A stretch of 64,000 bases of DNA from Stegostoma tigrinum (lineage: Eukaryota): NCBI RefSeq assembly GCF_030684315.1, contig NC_081370.1, positions 45,650,728 to 45,714,727 on the forward strand, read 5' to 3'. Both the position numbers and the translations under genes were made by a program. How positions within the stretch are numbered: position 1 is the stretch's first letter; each line of letters begins with the position of its first letter. The notes beneath the pieces were generated by a model. It did no database searches, was not told the DNA's origin, and worked only from the letters and a program-made list of their open reading frames with translations. This document shows positions 40,946 through 52,644 of this stretch, piece after piece.

Positions 40946-43900
40946 ATGAAGATGCCTCTGCAACTGTTACCTGATGACTTTCTTTATGCAGAAACCAGGC
41001 CTTTCAAAAATGCCCAGACGGAAGTCATGGTTTCAATGGAAAAGCTTTATGAGACAGAGGTGGTTACACCAGCTCATGGCCTACTTCAGCGTTCCTCATT
41101 GCCACACACCAAACCAGTGGGATCTATGCCATTGGAAACACTGCCTTTGGACAAGAAGACTATTGAAGACAAGGCCCTGGAACAAATGCATTTAGAACTC
41201 ACCCCATCAAAAAACAAGTCCTGTGACGTTAGCCAAACGGAAGCGAAATCTTTGGAAGAGCATATATTACAATTGCAAAATCTATGTCGTATTTGTGGAG
41301 TTTCCTTTAACACCAACAGTTATGATATGAAATTTCTGGTTAATGGTCCTGTTGATGATGTCACCCAAGAGGTGCTCAGGAAAATGGGATATGATGATTG
41401 TTTTTGGCCAGAACTCATCCGTAACACATTTAGGATAGATGTCAAGACTGATACAGAAGCCGGATATCCCACTCACTTCTGCTATAAATGCTGGTGTATT
41501 GTGATTCAGGCAATTAACAATACAACGAATGAAGATGCATTCTTTCCGATCAATACAGTCGTTGAATGGAAACCACATTCCAATCTTTGTAGCGTTTGCA
41601 GCTTTTCGGGTGGGGCCCGCAAACGAAAAGGTCTCAAACAAAGTCCACCTGTTACAAAGAAACCCAGAGTAGCAACTGATGCTCTAATGAGACCAAGGGT
41701 CATTAAAAGAAAAGATCATGTAAATAGCACAAGTCTGTTATTGGCTAAAAAGATTGTCAACTGCAAGAAGTTCCATCTAACTTCAAAACTCCTTGTGCTT
41801 GATTATCCCAATAATTTTATCCAGTCTGTATCCTGTCAGGTTTGTGAGCACTTACTTGCTGACCCTGTGCAATCACCTTGCAAGCATCTTTTCTGCAGAA
41901 CGTGTATTCTCAAATGCATTGCAGTCCTGGGAAAGTATTGTCCAGTTTGTAGATTTCCTTGTGGTCCCAAAGACTTCTTAAGCCCTGTTAAATCGTTCAT
42001 AAATGTTCTCAATTCACTTATGCTAAAGTGTCCAGTGACAGACTGTGAAATGGAGGTGAGACTCGGTGAATATTCGAAACATGCCCAAAACCACAAAGAA
42101 ACGAGAATGAAGCATGCTTACTCACCAGTCAACAAGGGGGGCCGCCCAAGACTACATTTGCTTTCTCTAACCCGAAGGGCTCAAAAGCATCGTCTGCGAA
42201 ATCTGAAGCTTCAGGTGAAGGCTTTTGCAGACAAAGAGGAAGATGGCGATGTAAAGTCTGTTTGTCTGACTCTGTTACTTCTGGCACTCAGAGCTGGAAA
42301 TGAGCACAGGCAAGCAGATGAGCTGGAAGCTGTAATGCAGGGCAGAGGATCCGAACTGAAACCAGCAGTCTGCCTTGCCATTAGAGTTAACACATTCCTG
42401 AGTTGTAGTCAGTATCATAAAATGTATAGGACAGTCAAAGCAACAACTGGGAAGCAGATCTTCCAGCCGTTGCATGCACTTCGAAATGCAGAAAAAATAC
42501 TGTTGCCAGGTTATTATCCATTTGAATGGCAGCCGCCTCTGGCAAATGTCTCAACAAACACTGAGGTGGGAATTATAGACGGCCTGAGCGGCTGGACACA
42601 ATGTGTTGATGATTACCCAATGGAAACCATTTCTAGAAGGTTCAGGTATGATGTGGCCCTTGCTTCGGCCGTGAAGGAGCTCGAAGATGATATTCTAGAA
42701 GGTCTGAAACAACATAACGTGGACGAGTTTGTGAGTGGACCATTTACTGTCGTGATCAAGGAGTCTTGCGATGGAATGGGCGATGTCAGTGAGAAGCACG
42801 GTTGTGGCCCACCTGTTCCAGAAAAGGCAGTGAGGTTTTCCTTTACGATCATGAGTATAAGTGTGATGAACGAGAATGACGAGAAAGTGGTCATTTTTGA
42901 AGAGCTGAAGCCCAATTCTGAGTTGTGCTGCCGCCCACTTTCCCTGATGTTGGCGGACGAATCCGACCACGAAACGTTGACCGCGATCCTGGGCCCAGTC
43001 ATCGCTGAGCGAGAAGCTATGAAGAGCAGCGATTTGATTCTTGAGATCGGGGACTTGCACAGATCCTTCCAGTTCATCTTTCGAGGCACGGGATACGATG
43101 AGAAGCTCGTTCGGGAAATGGAGGGTCTTGAAGCTTCGGGCTCCATGTACGTCTGCACATTGTGTGATGCCACGCGAAACGAGGCTTCCCAGAACTTGGT
43201 TCTCCATTCCATAACGAGAAGCCACAAGGAGAACTTGGAGCGCTATGAAATTTGGCGCTCAAACCCATACCACGAAACCACTGATGAGTTGCGTGACCGG
43301 GTTAAGGGGGTTTCAGCAAAGCCGTTCATTGAAACCCAGCCATCCATCGATGCCTTGCACTGTGACATTGGGAACGCCACGGAATTCTACAGACTCTTCC
43401 AGGATGAGATCGGAGAGCTGTACAAAAATCAAAGCACATCCAAAGAGGAGAGAAAACGGTGGCAGGCGATGCTCGACAAGCACCTGAGAATGAAGATGAA
43501 CCTGAAGCCTGTCATGAGGTTGAACGGGAATTTTGCCAGAAAGCTGATGACCAAAGAGACAGTTGAGGCTGTGTGTGAGCTAATTCCATCTGAACGAAGG
43601 CGGGAAATCCTCAGGGAGCTCATGCACCTTTATCTTCGGATGAAACCAGTGTGGCGTTCCACGTTTCCAGCCAGGGAATGCCCTGAGCTTCTTTGCCAGT
43701 ACAGCTACAATTCCCAGAGATTCGCACAACTGCTTCGTACGGAGTTTAAGCACAGATATGAGGGGAAGATCACCAACTACCTGCACAAGACTCTGGCTCA
43801 CGTCCCTGAGATCATTGAAAGAGATGGCTCCATAGGTGCTTGGGCGAGTGAAGGCAATGAGTCAGGTAACAAACTTTTTCGCCGTTTCAGGAAAATGAAT

Positions 43901-44086
43901 GCCAGGCAGTCCAAAAGTTATGAATTGGAAGACATTTTGAAACACCACTGGCTGTATACTTCAAGATATTTACAGAAGTTCATGGATGTACACAACACAT
44001 TAAAGAATGTAAAGTGTGATACTCTACCACCTGAGCTGGTCAATGAAGAAGATACAGTACTTCAGAATAATTCCCTTGATTTTTAG
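40946..44086 (+). CDS. RAG1: V(D)J recombination-activating protein 1, single coding exon, 1046 aa
   Basis: Acceptor ttttctttatttctgtcag ends at 40927; first in-frame ATG at 40946. Contains CND Cys motifs, C3HC4 RING, ZnA, NBD GGRPR, catalytic D (42770, ESCDG), D (43097, GYDE) and E (43859, GNESG), and Zn ligands CTLC and HKTLAH. Confidence 0.98.
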   Translation: MKMPLQLLPDDFLYAETRPFKNAQTEVMVSMEKLYETEVVTPAHGLLQRSSLPHTKPVGSMPLETLPLDKKTIEDKALEQMHLELTPSKNKSCDVSQTEAKSLEEHILQLQNLCRICGVSFNTNSYDMKFLVNGPVDDVTQEVLRKMGYDDCFWPELIRNTFRIDVKTDTEAGYPTHFCYKCWCIVIQAINNTTNEDAFFPINTVVEWKPHSNLCSVCSFSGGARKRKGLKQSPPVTKKPRVATDALMRPRVIKRKDHVNSTSLLLAKKIVNCKKFHLTSKLLVLDYPNNFIQSVSCQVCEHLLADPVQSPCKHLFCRTCILKCIAVLGKYCPVCRFPCGPKDFLSPVKSFINVLNSLMLKCPVTDCEMEVRLGEYSKHAQNHKETRMKHAYSPVNKGGRPRLHLLSLTRRAQKHRLRNLKLQVKAFADKEEDGDVKSVCLTLLLLALRAGNEHRQADELEAVMQGRGSELKPAVCLAIRVNTFLSCSQYHKMYRTVKATTGKQIFQPLHALRNAEKILLPGYYPFEWQPPLANVSTNTEVGIIDGLSGWTQCVDDYPMETISRRFRYDVALASAVKELEDDILEGLKQHNVDEFVSGPFTVVIKESCDGMGDVSEKHGCGPPVPEKAVRFSFTIMSISVMNENDEKVVIFEELKPNSELCCRPLSLMLADESDHETLTAILGPVIAEREAMKSSDLILEIGDLHRSFQFIFRGTGYDEKLVREMEGLEASGSMYVCTLCDATRNEASQNLVLHSITRSHKENLERYEIWRSNPYHETTDELRDRVKGVSAKPFIETQPSIDALHCDIGNATEFYRLFQDEIGELYKNQSTSKEERKRWQAMLDKHLRMKMNLKPVMRLNGNFARKLMTKETVEAVCELIPSERRREILRELMHLYLRMKPVWRSTFPARECPELLCQYSYNSQRFAQLLRTEFKHRYEGKITNYLHKTLAHVPEIIERDGSIGAWASEGNESGNKLFRRFRKMNARQSKSYELEDILKHHWLYTSRYLQKFMDVHNTLKNVKCDTLPPELVNEEDTVLQNNSLDF

Positions 44087-45999
44087 CTGAATTATTGGTG
44101 CTGATGTTGGTTCTCAGTATCTTTAACCCACAGCAGACTGTGAACAGTCTATGTAATGTGGACAGTTAGGCTTACCATGGCCAAGCCTTGAACGCAATAT
44201 TGGCATTGATGGGAGAAGCTCTAGCAGTATTATGGAAAAGTTGTGGTGGATGCAGTGTTAGACAGTCTCACTGGTAAATCTGTGTGACAACTGAAGCCAC
44301 ACGTGAGTGAATGCTTCTATATTTGAAACCCAAGAGATATTCACAGAAAGCAGTAATGTTGGTTACTAGTGCTTAGATGTGAAGGAAAAATGGGCAAGAT
44401 GTTAGGTAACATGCTGTTTTTAAGGTAAAGGAGTGCGTATTTTTTTGCTGAATATAGAATTCAGTTTTCAAAATTAAAAATGGCAGATTTAATTTTGGAG
44501 AGGAAATGTTGATGACCGTCAGTTCCCATTGGCTCTGTTCAATGACTGCTGTGTTTTTCTACATTCATTTCCAGCCATTTACTGATTTGTTGTGGCAAAT
44601 AATTTAGTTGTGTGCGTTATCAAACTTACAGTTATTTTGAAAATTAGTTTAGAAAATAGAGAATGATTACTGTGCTACTTTACAGCAATCTTGTTCCTTA
44701 ATAGAGATTTTGAAAAAGTTACTGCTCTTGTACACCAACAATTCATCTGGTCTGGCTTACTAGAGAGGTGCTAATTAGACTGGGCCAGAAATTGACTCAG
44801 TTATAAGTCTGGAGTGTGATCCTGCACTTTGTAAGGTAAGTACAAGTAACTCACCATAGTCGGTGGAATAGAATAGCCATGAATATCTACTAAACTAAGG
44901 TGTAATTGCTGGACCATCATTAGTCAATTTGAAGTTAATTGTCCTTAAACAGATCAACTATTCATTAGAACGTCTTCAGTTGTGCTTTTAACTAGAGTAT
45001 CTTTCTCTGTAAGTTGGGAATTGTGAGTTTGTTTTCTTTTTATATACATTTTCTTCTCATTAGGAATTTACAAATGCCATGAGAATTTACATCAATGACT
45101 TTTATGACACCTAACACACCTTTCAAATTTTATTTTCTCAATGTCCAACATTAGCAGATCTCCCATGGGTTAGATATTCCGCTCTGCAATAATGCAAGCA
45201 TTCACAACACATTTGGAAAGTTTTAATTGAAGCAAGTGTTACACTTTGAGGGAGTGTGAACTACATAGGAGAAAATCAGAAATTGCTGCATTGTACTAGT
45301 TATAATGGTGTAAATCAGGCATAAAGTGTGTATTTGTTCAGGCACTGGTGCCATTGCTAACTTTGTTTGGCACAGGACATTCTTTTAGGATTCCTGCTTG
45401 TGTAAAATATGGACCTAAAGTCTGATAAAGGATCTGTTTGCAAAATTAGTGATTAGTCTCTGCTTCATTCAAGACTTTTCCACAGGCAGTGTATAATCCA
45501 ACCGAAGATACGCAGTCAAAATTTTGTTTTTAAAAAGACATCTAGTGAATTCAGCAGAATGCATCCTGATTCTACAGGAGGCCATTCCCCTCCCTGTAGC
45601 CTGATCCAGTTGTTTTCCTGGAATTTACCTGAGGGTCACTGCTAGTACAAATGTCATGCGATTGATCTCGCTCATCATGTCAGTTGCAAATGGATATGAC
45701 TAATACTGACCATTTATTGTCATTATTTAGATGAGGCCTGAGGACTAATTTTTTTTTGTTGCTTTAGGTATTGCTGAGTTTGGACCCCAAAATAAGCTGT
45801 TTTATCAAACATTAATTTTATTGCTTTCATCATTCACGCGTCACTTGTCATACTAGTCACAGTTTGCCAGTCCATTCACTGTGTAAGCAACCTTAGAGGA
45901 GGTCTGCTAGTATTATTGATTGTTAGAAAAGATGTTGGATATGGATATGCATTTAGTTTTAACACTTTATCATATGTCACATGTCTATTATATTGAGAT

Positions 46000-46150
46000 C
46001 AAAAACAGAAGTTGCTGGAAAAGCTGAACAGGTCCAGACCCGAAACATTAATTCTGATTTCTCTTCACAGACGCTGCCAGATCCGCTGAGCTTTTCCAGC
46101 AACTTCTGTTTTTGTTCCTGATTTTCAGCATCCGCAGTTCTCTTGGTTTT
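46000..46150. mobile_element. Short fold-back Penelope-derived insertion with 14-bp TSD in the predicted RAG1 3' UTR
   Basis: tattatattgagat at 45986-45999 and 46151-46164. Inverted arms: caaaaacagaagttgctggaaaagct / agcttttccagcaacttctgtttttg. Confidence 0.85.
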
Positions 46151-47296
46151 TATTATATTGAGATGTTAGTTTGCAGTCATCTTGGAGCCAAATTGTATTT
46201 TTGACAAATGACAAAGGATATCTTTTGCTTTGGTTGCAAATCTCTTGTTATTGAAAGCTGAATTAACTTCTTATTAATAGTTTTCTGCAGAGGCACAATA
46301 AGGGCTTTGCTAAATATACCACTTGGTTCAAGGAGTAAACAGTCTTTAAATCTTTGGCAGGCGATTGTTTATTTTCCAACTTTAAGGTGTAACATAAAAT
46401 CTATAAAAAAAATTAAAATGTTACTGGATAAAGATCTGATTACGGCTCAGAACACTGGGAACACAAACCAAAATGCATAATTTGCTTTCTGTACATTTAT
46501 TTTCCTAAAGTACCTAAGTGTATTCTGTCCAAAGCCAAATGTTAATATACAAGGTCCGAGTGAATGGACACCACCTTATCCATTACCAAACCTACTGTTA
46601 ATCACTTGTTGCAAAATGGACTGAGGACATATATGCTTTCCAAATTGAAATTTACAACTGCTGCTGCCATGTTGTGTTCACCATTAGATGGATATTGACA
46701 ACACTGAGCTAGGATGGAGAGTTTTAAACCAATGCGATGCAAGTTAAAGTTGCTATATTTGTTGTCAGGTGAAGGGAAATATAATTAATGATGCATTAAA
46801 TTTATAACAACGCAAATTTTAACTGGTTAACTCAGCTATATATATTAGTATAGGCTTGCGTCAAATGCTTGAATTATTTTAATAGATACCGAATGCTTTA
46901 CATTCTATAATAGATTTATTCTTTAAATTTATTTCAATAACTGGTTTGTTGTGTTTTTTTTTATTAGTCATGGAACTCAAGTCATGTGTGCAAAATTGTT
47001 TATCTTCCAATTCTGTTTAATAGCACTTACCATGTATCACAGGGTTTGGATGCCTATTGTGTTCTAATTTTGAAATTTACTGTAATCTGTAACATTTCCA
47101 GAAAGTTTTTATCTGTATGCTGCAAATTTTGACATTAAAAGATCTTTGTTCTTTCAATGAGCCAGAAGAATGAATTATTCATTGTTGAGATCCACACTTA
47201 ATTGCTATTTTTAATGTATGTTTAAAGGCTAAATGTTAAGCTGCCAAATTCATTAGTATATACTGTGATGATGATGCTCAGTGCAATAATCGAAGA

Positions 47297-47302
47297 AATA
47301 AA
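47297..47302 (+). terminator. Candidate RAG1 polyadenylation signal (3' UTR about 3.2 kb)
   Basis: AATAAA followed about 20 nt later by GU-rich gttttgttgtgtattatttgt. Repeat-rich DNA begins soon after. Confidence 0.5.
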
Positions 47303-47919
47303 GATTTACAGCTTTGAAGAGTTTTGTTGTGTATTATTTGTAATTTACAATGTTTTCTGGTTATGTTCATTCACCTTTATTAACCCCTTGACTAAATTGT
47401 CAGGCGATGATCAGCATTTGATTTTTCTTGTTGAGAAATTTGGCTTCAACATAAAACTGGTGTGAAGTCTATGGGTGATCATTCTGCATGTTGGTTCAAG
47501 TCGATACCCAGACTAACTTCAGGTTTAGGCCTCATTTAAGTATGTTGGTGAATTGCGGGCACCTCCCAGGTGTCCCACTGCAGATCACTGGATCTGCGAG
47601 GGACAGAGACCAGCTGGATGCTACACAGTTTGAGTTTGGGAAATGAGGCAATGATAAGGGAGGGGGTTGAAGGGTCTTGAATGTTCCAGTGTTTCTCTAT
47701 CATTCTAAACTGAGTTATAATAGAACATAGAACAATACAGCGCAGAACAGGCCCTTCGGCCCTCAGTGTTGCGCCGGCCTGTGAACTAATCCAAGCCCAT
47801 TCCCCTACACTATCCCATCGTCATCATCCATATGCTTATCTACTGCAATTTCCCTATAATGCAATTTCTAAAGCACAATGTCACACAGGAAAGCAACTAC
47901 TGCGTAATAGGAGATCTAC

Positions 47920-49520
47920 CTGTATTTGGAAGGACAGGAAGGAAAGGGAGAGGTGGTGTAGCTCTGACACTTCAAGATAACATTAGGACAGTAGTGAGAT
48001 ATAGGTTTTATGGAGAAAAAGGTTGAATCAACCTGGGTGAAAATTAAAAATTGTAAGGGCAGAGATGTCACTGATAGGCATAGTCTATACGCTACCAAAT
48101 TACATCATGGTGGGGCAGGCAATAATAAAATAGAAATAACTGATACATGTGAAAATGGTACAGCAATTATCATGGGGGATTTCAATCTACATATTGATCG
48201 GACAAACCAAGTCAATTGAGGCACCCTTAAGGAGGAGTTCATAGAATGTATCCATAATAGTTTGCGATGGAACCTACAAGGGAGCAAACTATCCTAGATC
48301 TGATCCTGTGTGATGAGACAGGGATAATTAATGATCTCGTAGGTAGGGATCCTCTCAGAAGGAGCAATCAGAGTATGGTTGAATTTACAATGCGGATGGA
48401 GGGCGAGAAGGTAAAATCCAATGCTAGTTTTTGATGCTTAAGCAAAGAATGGGATGAGGCAGGAGCTGGATAAGATAGACGGGGAACAAAGACTTACAGC
48501 AATGCAACTGAGGAACAGTGGAGTACGTTCAAATCAACTTTTAACAGTGCTCAGCAAAAGTATATACCAGTGAAAAGGAAGGACAGTAGGAAGTGAAATA
48601 ATCAGCCATGGATAAGTAAGGAAATGAAGGAGGGTATCAAATTGAAAGCCAACATATATAAAGTGGCAACGATTAGTGGGAAACCTTTAAAAGGTCAACA
48701 GAAAGTCATGAGAGAAGCTATAAAGATGAGATAGATTATGAGAGTAAACTAGCTGGGAATATAAAAACAGGTAGCAAAAGTTTCTAAAGATATACAAAAA
48801 CCAGAAGAAGAGTGGCTAAGGTAAATATTGGTCCTTTAGAGGATGAGAAGGGGATTTAATAATGGAAAATGAGGGCATGATTGAGGTGTTTCACAGGTAT
48901 TTTGTGTTGGCCGTCACAGTGGAAGATACAAATAGCATGTCAATGATTGTTGACAAAGGAGGCCTTCACCAGGAGGCTGGTGAAGAAAGGATTATCACTA
49001 AAGCGGTAATGTTAGGAAGCTAGTGTGACTAAAGGTAGACAAGTCTCCTGGCACTGATGGAATGTATCACAGGGTACTAAAAGAGGTGGCAGAGAAAAAG
49101 CAAATGCACTCATGGCAATTTATCAAATTCGGCTGCACTCTGAGGCAGTTCCGACAGATTGGAAAACAGGAGATGTGACACAATTGTTTATAAAATAGAG
49201 GAGGTCGACAAAAGGCAGATAACTATAGGCCTGTTAACTTCTGTAGTGGGGAAAAATGCTTGAATCTACTATAAATGAAGAAATAGCACGACGTCTGGAT
49301 AGAAACCGTTCTTCTGGGCAAATGCTGCATGGGCTCATGAAAGGTGGGTCACGTTTAATTAATTTACTGGAATTCTTTGAGGACATGGAGTACAGTAGAC
49401 AACAGGGATCTATTGTATGTGGTTCATCTAGATTTTCATAAGGCATTCAACAAGGTGTCACATAAAAGGCTGCTGCATGAAATAAAGTTGCATGGAGTTA
49501 CATGTAATATATTAGCATGG
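47920..49520 (+). mobile_element. Decayed CR1 LINE ORF2 (endonuclease to RT N-terminus), 3'-truncated
   Basis: GRGGVAL, IIMGDFNLHID, NYRPV, NLLEFFED and LDFHKAFNKVSH motifs, with frameshifts. Confidence 0.88.
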
Positions 49521-49876
49521 ACAGAGGTTATACCATATGATCTCAATCAATACCAAATTGGATTTGTCAATGCATCCTGATAGTCAAAGCATGCAGGCAT
49601 ACACAAAATGTGCAAGCTGCAGAATAAGCATATTGCATAGAAGTCAAGCATCTCAGCATACTGAGGTACAGCAATATAGCCTGATGACTAAGGTTTGCCA
49701 ACATCCTTGAAATTTTGCATAGGTGGCCATTTACAGTGGCAAAGAGGTTTACTACATCCCACTGTACTACCACAGGGGCCAACCATTATTCCATATGGAT
49801 CATTACAGAAATCAGTTGTGGTGTGCTTGCAAATGTACAGCATCAATATGAAATATATTTTATAGAATCTACTCAC

Positions 49877-50063
49877 CACTCTTTCTTTTTTAATCATGGC
49901 CTTCAACCAGCTGAAATCTACTCCCTTATACATTACAGCAACAAACAGCATATAATGATCATATTCACGCTGAGATTTTGGTGCTCCTTCTGGATAGCTC
50001 ATTCTTATAGTGGTTTTGTTACCAACATCGTTAGTAAATCCTTGGATTGGTGCATTGTTCAGC
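49877..50063 (-). CDS. Isolated exon of an alpha-2,3-sialyltransferase (ST3GAL5/ST3GAL7-like; end of sialylmotif L); may be a gene remnant
   Basis: ctatcag|GCTGAAC...AGAGTG|gtgagt, 187 nt, open frame. Reads [63 protein letters not shown], closely matching recalled ST3GAL5 [29 protein letters not shown]...[22 protein letters not shown]. Confidence 0.88.
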
Positions 50064-51082
50064 CTGATAGAGAAGAATTTACATTTCTTGGTAGGTAATT
50101 AAACTATACAAATAACTTAAATGGCAGCGTTCTGTTTAAGTTTGTGTGTACAGTGAGTTCAGTAAAGTGGAATACTTGAATTGGCGTGGTGTCTGAACAG
50201 GCACTTCTTGCAAACAGACATGCAGTGAAATTATTCATTGGTCAGATGAGGAATTTTTCCCCATGATTGCAACAGCATTCCAAATGTCTTAAGGTCATCA
50301 GGACACAAAGATCTGTTCTGTTTATCATATGATTTCAAGTAATACCAAATAGTCTTTGTCAATGAATCTTGATATGCAAATTTTCGTTAGACTTGGTTAA
50401 CTACGTGTCATGCATTCAACCAAAAAACAAGGACATCCAAATGGAATGTAGCCAAAATTGCAAATAGTTCCCACATGCAGGCAACCAGGATATTGTGTTG
50501 TTTGCCTGGAGCCAAGTATGAGGATTTCTCTATGTAACTAGAAAAGAACTAGCAATTGGAGGCTTTCATCAGGTTAACATGGCTCACATGGGAACAAGAA
50601 ACACTGACGAGACAAGAAATTAGCTTCTTTAAAGAGTTGTATAATGTTCGGTATTTGGTGTGACTGGGCCTGGTGTAACTAACTGGTTTATGTATGGCAC
50701 AAATGTGGTATAATAAGATACATTTAAATCACGCTGTAATTGAGCACACGATCCTGATATCAGTAAGAGAAAAGATACCAGTCTAGAATGAGGATGTGAG
50801 GAGAGAGGTCTTAGACATTACACTGGACAGCAATATTGCTAACCTACTATTTACAGATGGATATAAAAAAAGTGTTATGGTTCATAAAGAGTTGACAAAC
50901 CTCAGAAATAAGAACCAAGTAGGCTCTATGATTGTGTATACTCAGGCACCCATAGCCTGAGACACTTCAGGCTGGTATCACACTGTGCTGATAGTAGTAT
51001 TGCCTTAAGCACAAGATAAAGTAATATGATCCACTTGTTTGCTGCTGAATTTGTAGCTGGTGTCCTAGCAACAGTATAATAA

Positions 51083-51218
51083 ATAAAAACCGAAAGAACT
51101 GCAGATGCTGTAAATCAGGAACAAAAACAAAGTTGCTGGAGAAGCTCAGCAGGTCTGGCAGCATCTGTGAAGGAAAAAACAGAGTTAACGTTTTGGGTCT
51201 GGTGACCCTTCCTCAGAA
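51083..51218 (-). mobile_element. Solo Penelope pLTR fragment with hammerhead-like core
   Basis: Same family as the 30543 and 46000 copies. Minus strand reads CTGAGGAagggtcaccagacccAAAACGTTAAC. Confidence 0.7.
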
Positions 51219-52644
51219 GGTAAGCAGCCTGTGGTTAACTTGATAAGACATCAGGGCCAGATAAGAGGTATTCAACAATATTCTGAGGGAGATGTGAGTG
51301 GAAAATGCACAGGCACAGGCCATAAATTTCAAGTTTTCCCTAGACTTGGGGGTTAGTAGAGGACTAGAGACTTGCAAATGCTGTACCTTGTTCTAAAAAG
51401 AGAAGCACAGAAGCTGCAGCGAGTCAGTTTAATTTCAATGGTGGGGAAACCTTTAGAAAGAATAATTCAGGACAAGATTAATCTTTCACTTTGACGAATG
51501 TGGTTTATTTATGGAAATCCAGCACCAATCTGTTCAGGGCATATCATAAACTTCCAAAAGCACTTGATAATGTGTTGCATATCAGACTTACACATAGAGT
51601 TAGCTAGAGTTAGAAGAAACAATACAAACATGAGGCAGAATGTGGGCACCCTTCATCCACAGACATTGGCATCTGATTAGTGCCACACCCCAACATTCTG
51701 ACATCTGGCCAACCCACCTGTGAGATGTTTCTGTACTTCAATGCTGCACCTCAGGCTGTGTAGGCAACTCTCATTGCAATGCTACTATAAGCACACTATG
51801 CGCTCAGGGACATACACCCCCCTCACAGATTGGATCAGGCTGCATCTGAGGGCTTCTCAAAAACTCTCTTAGAGGATGGTTACAGCAGCCCTGCTTTGCC
51901 TATTAGTTCAGGTAGCTTGCCTTGTTAGTCAGTTAGTCATTAGTCAAGAGCCGGTGTGGGGGGGTGGTCGCGGTGGGTAGGTTGGGGAACATGTCTTGCT
52001 GTATGGTTAGGTGGTATATATCACACCATGTGCCAGAAGCTTACACAGAAAACATACAGCATGTGCAGCAAATAAGTGGTCATGGCTCAAAGCCTTAGGG
52101 GAGTAGCCATCACCACAGTCCATGGAGCTACTTGTCAGTCGGGGAATGCCGTCGTACTAAATCAAGAGCTGACACTCCCACTGAGGTGTAAGTACCTGAT
52201 CTGGTGAGGGGGGAGAGGTTTGCAGGACTAAGCTTTGTCGATGCTTCCTCTGGGGCCTTGCAGCACTCTCCCTTAGGGGTGGAGGAGGTGCCCTCTGGCA
52301 GAGTAGCTTCTTTTCCACAGGGTCTGTGGCCATCCTGCTGGTATCTACACGGCATAAGGGAGAGGAGGCGTCACAGCCAATGGGTCAGAGTGGAGCACAA
52401 TCTGGTACTGGCTCAGGCAATTGAGCATGATCTGACAAATGGGCCACAGACAGCCCTGAGGTTCCTGAGTGGCCAGTCTGGGGGAGAGGTAAGACTCATG
52501 CAGCTGGGTGGATGTATCGGCATCAGTTGGGATCTGGACACTTCTCATCCACCAGTCTCTGTTCGACTCACACTGATAGGCTACAGCCAGTCTGTCAGTC
52601 TGATTGGGGGGAGGGGTACACTGCTGTGGGCAGGAGACTCAGGA

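Noticed and set aside
41086-43801. Antisense and alternate-frame ORFs within RAG1
   Set aside because: These are shadow ORFs of a long coding exon with no recognisable domains.
47841-47924. HNVTQES peptide resembling sialylmotif VS
   Set aside because: It is on the opposite strand to the sialyltransferase exon, and the DNA looks like a Tigger/pogo-type terminal repeat ending ...ctacctgta.
32400-50100. RSS or RAG-transposon terminal inverted repeats flanking RAG1
   Set aside because: The heptamer-like CACAGTG/CACTGTG sites I checked (36268, 45877, 48915 and others) have no nonamer at 12 or 23 bp spacing. There is no evidence of RAG-mediated self-transposition.
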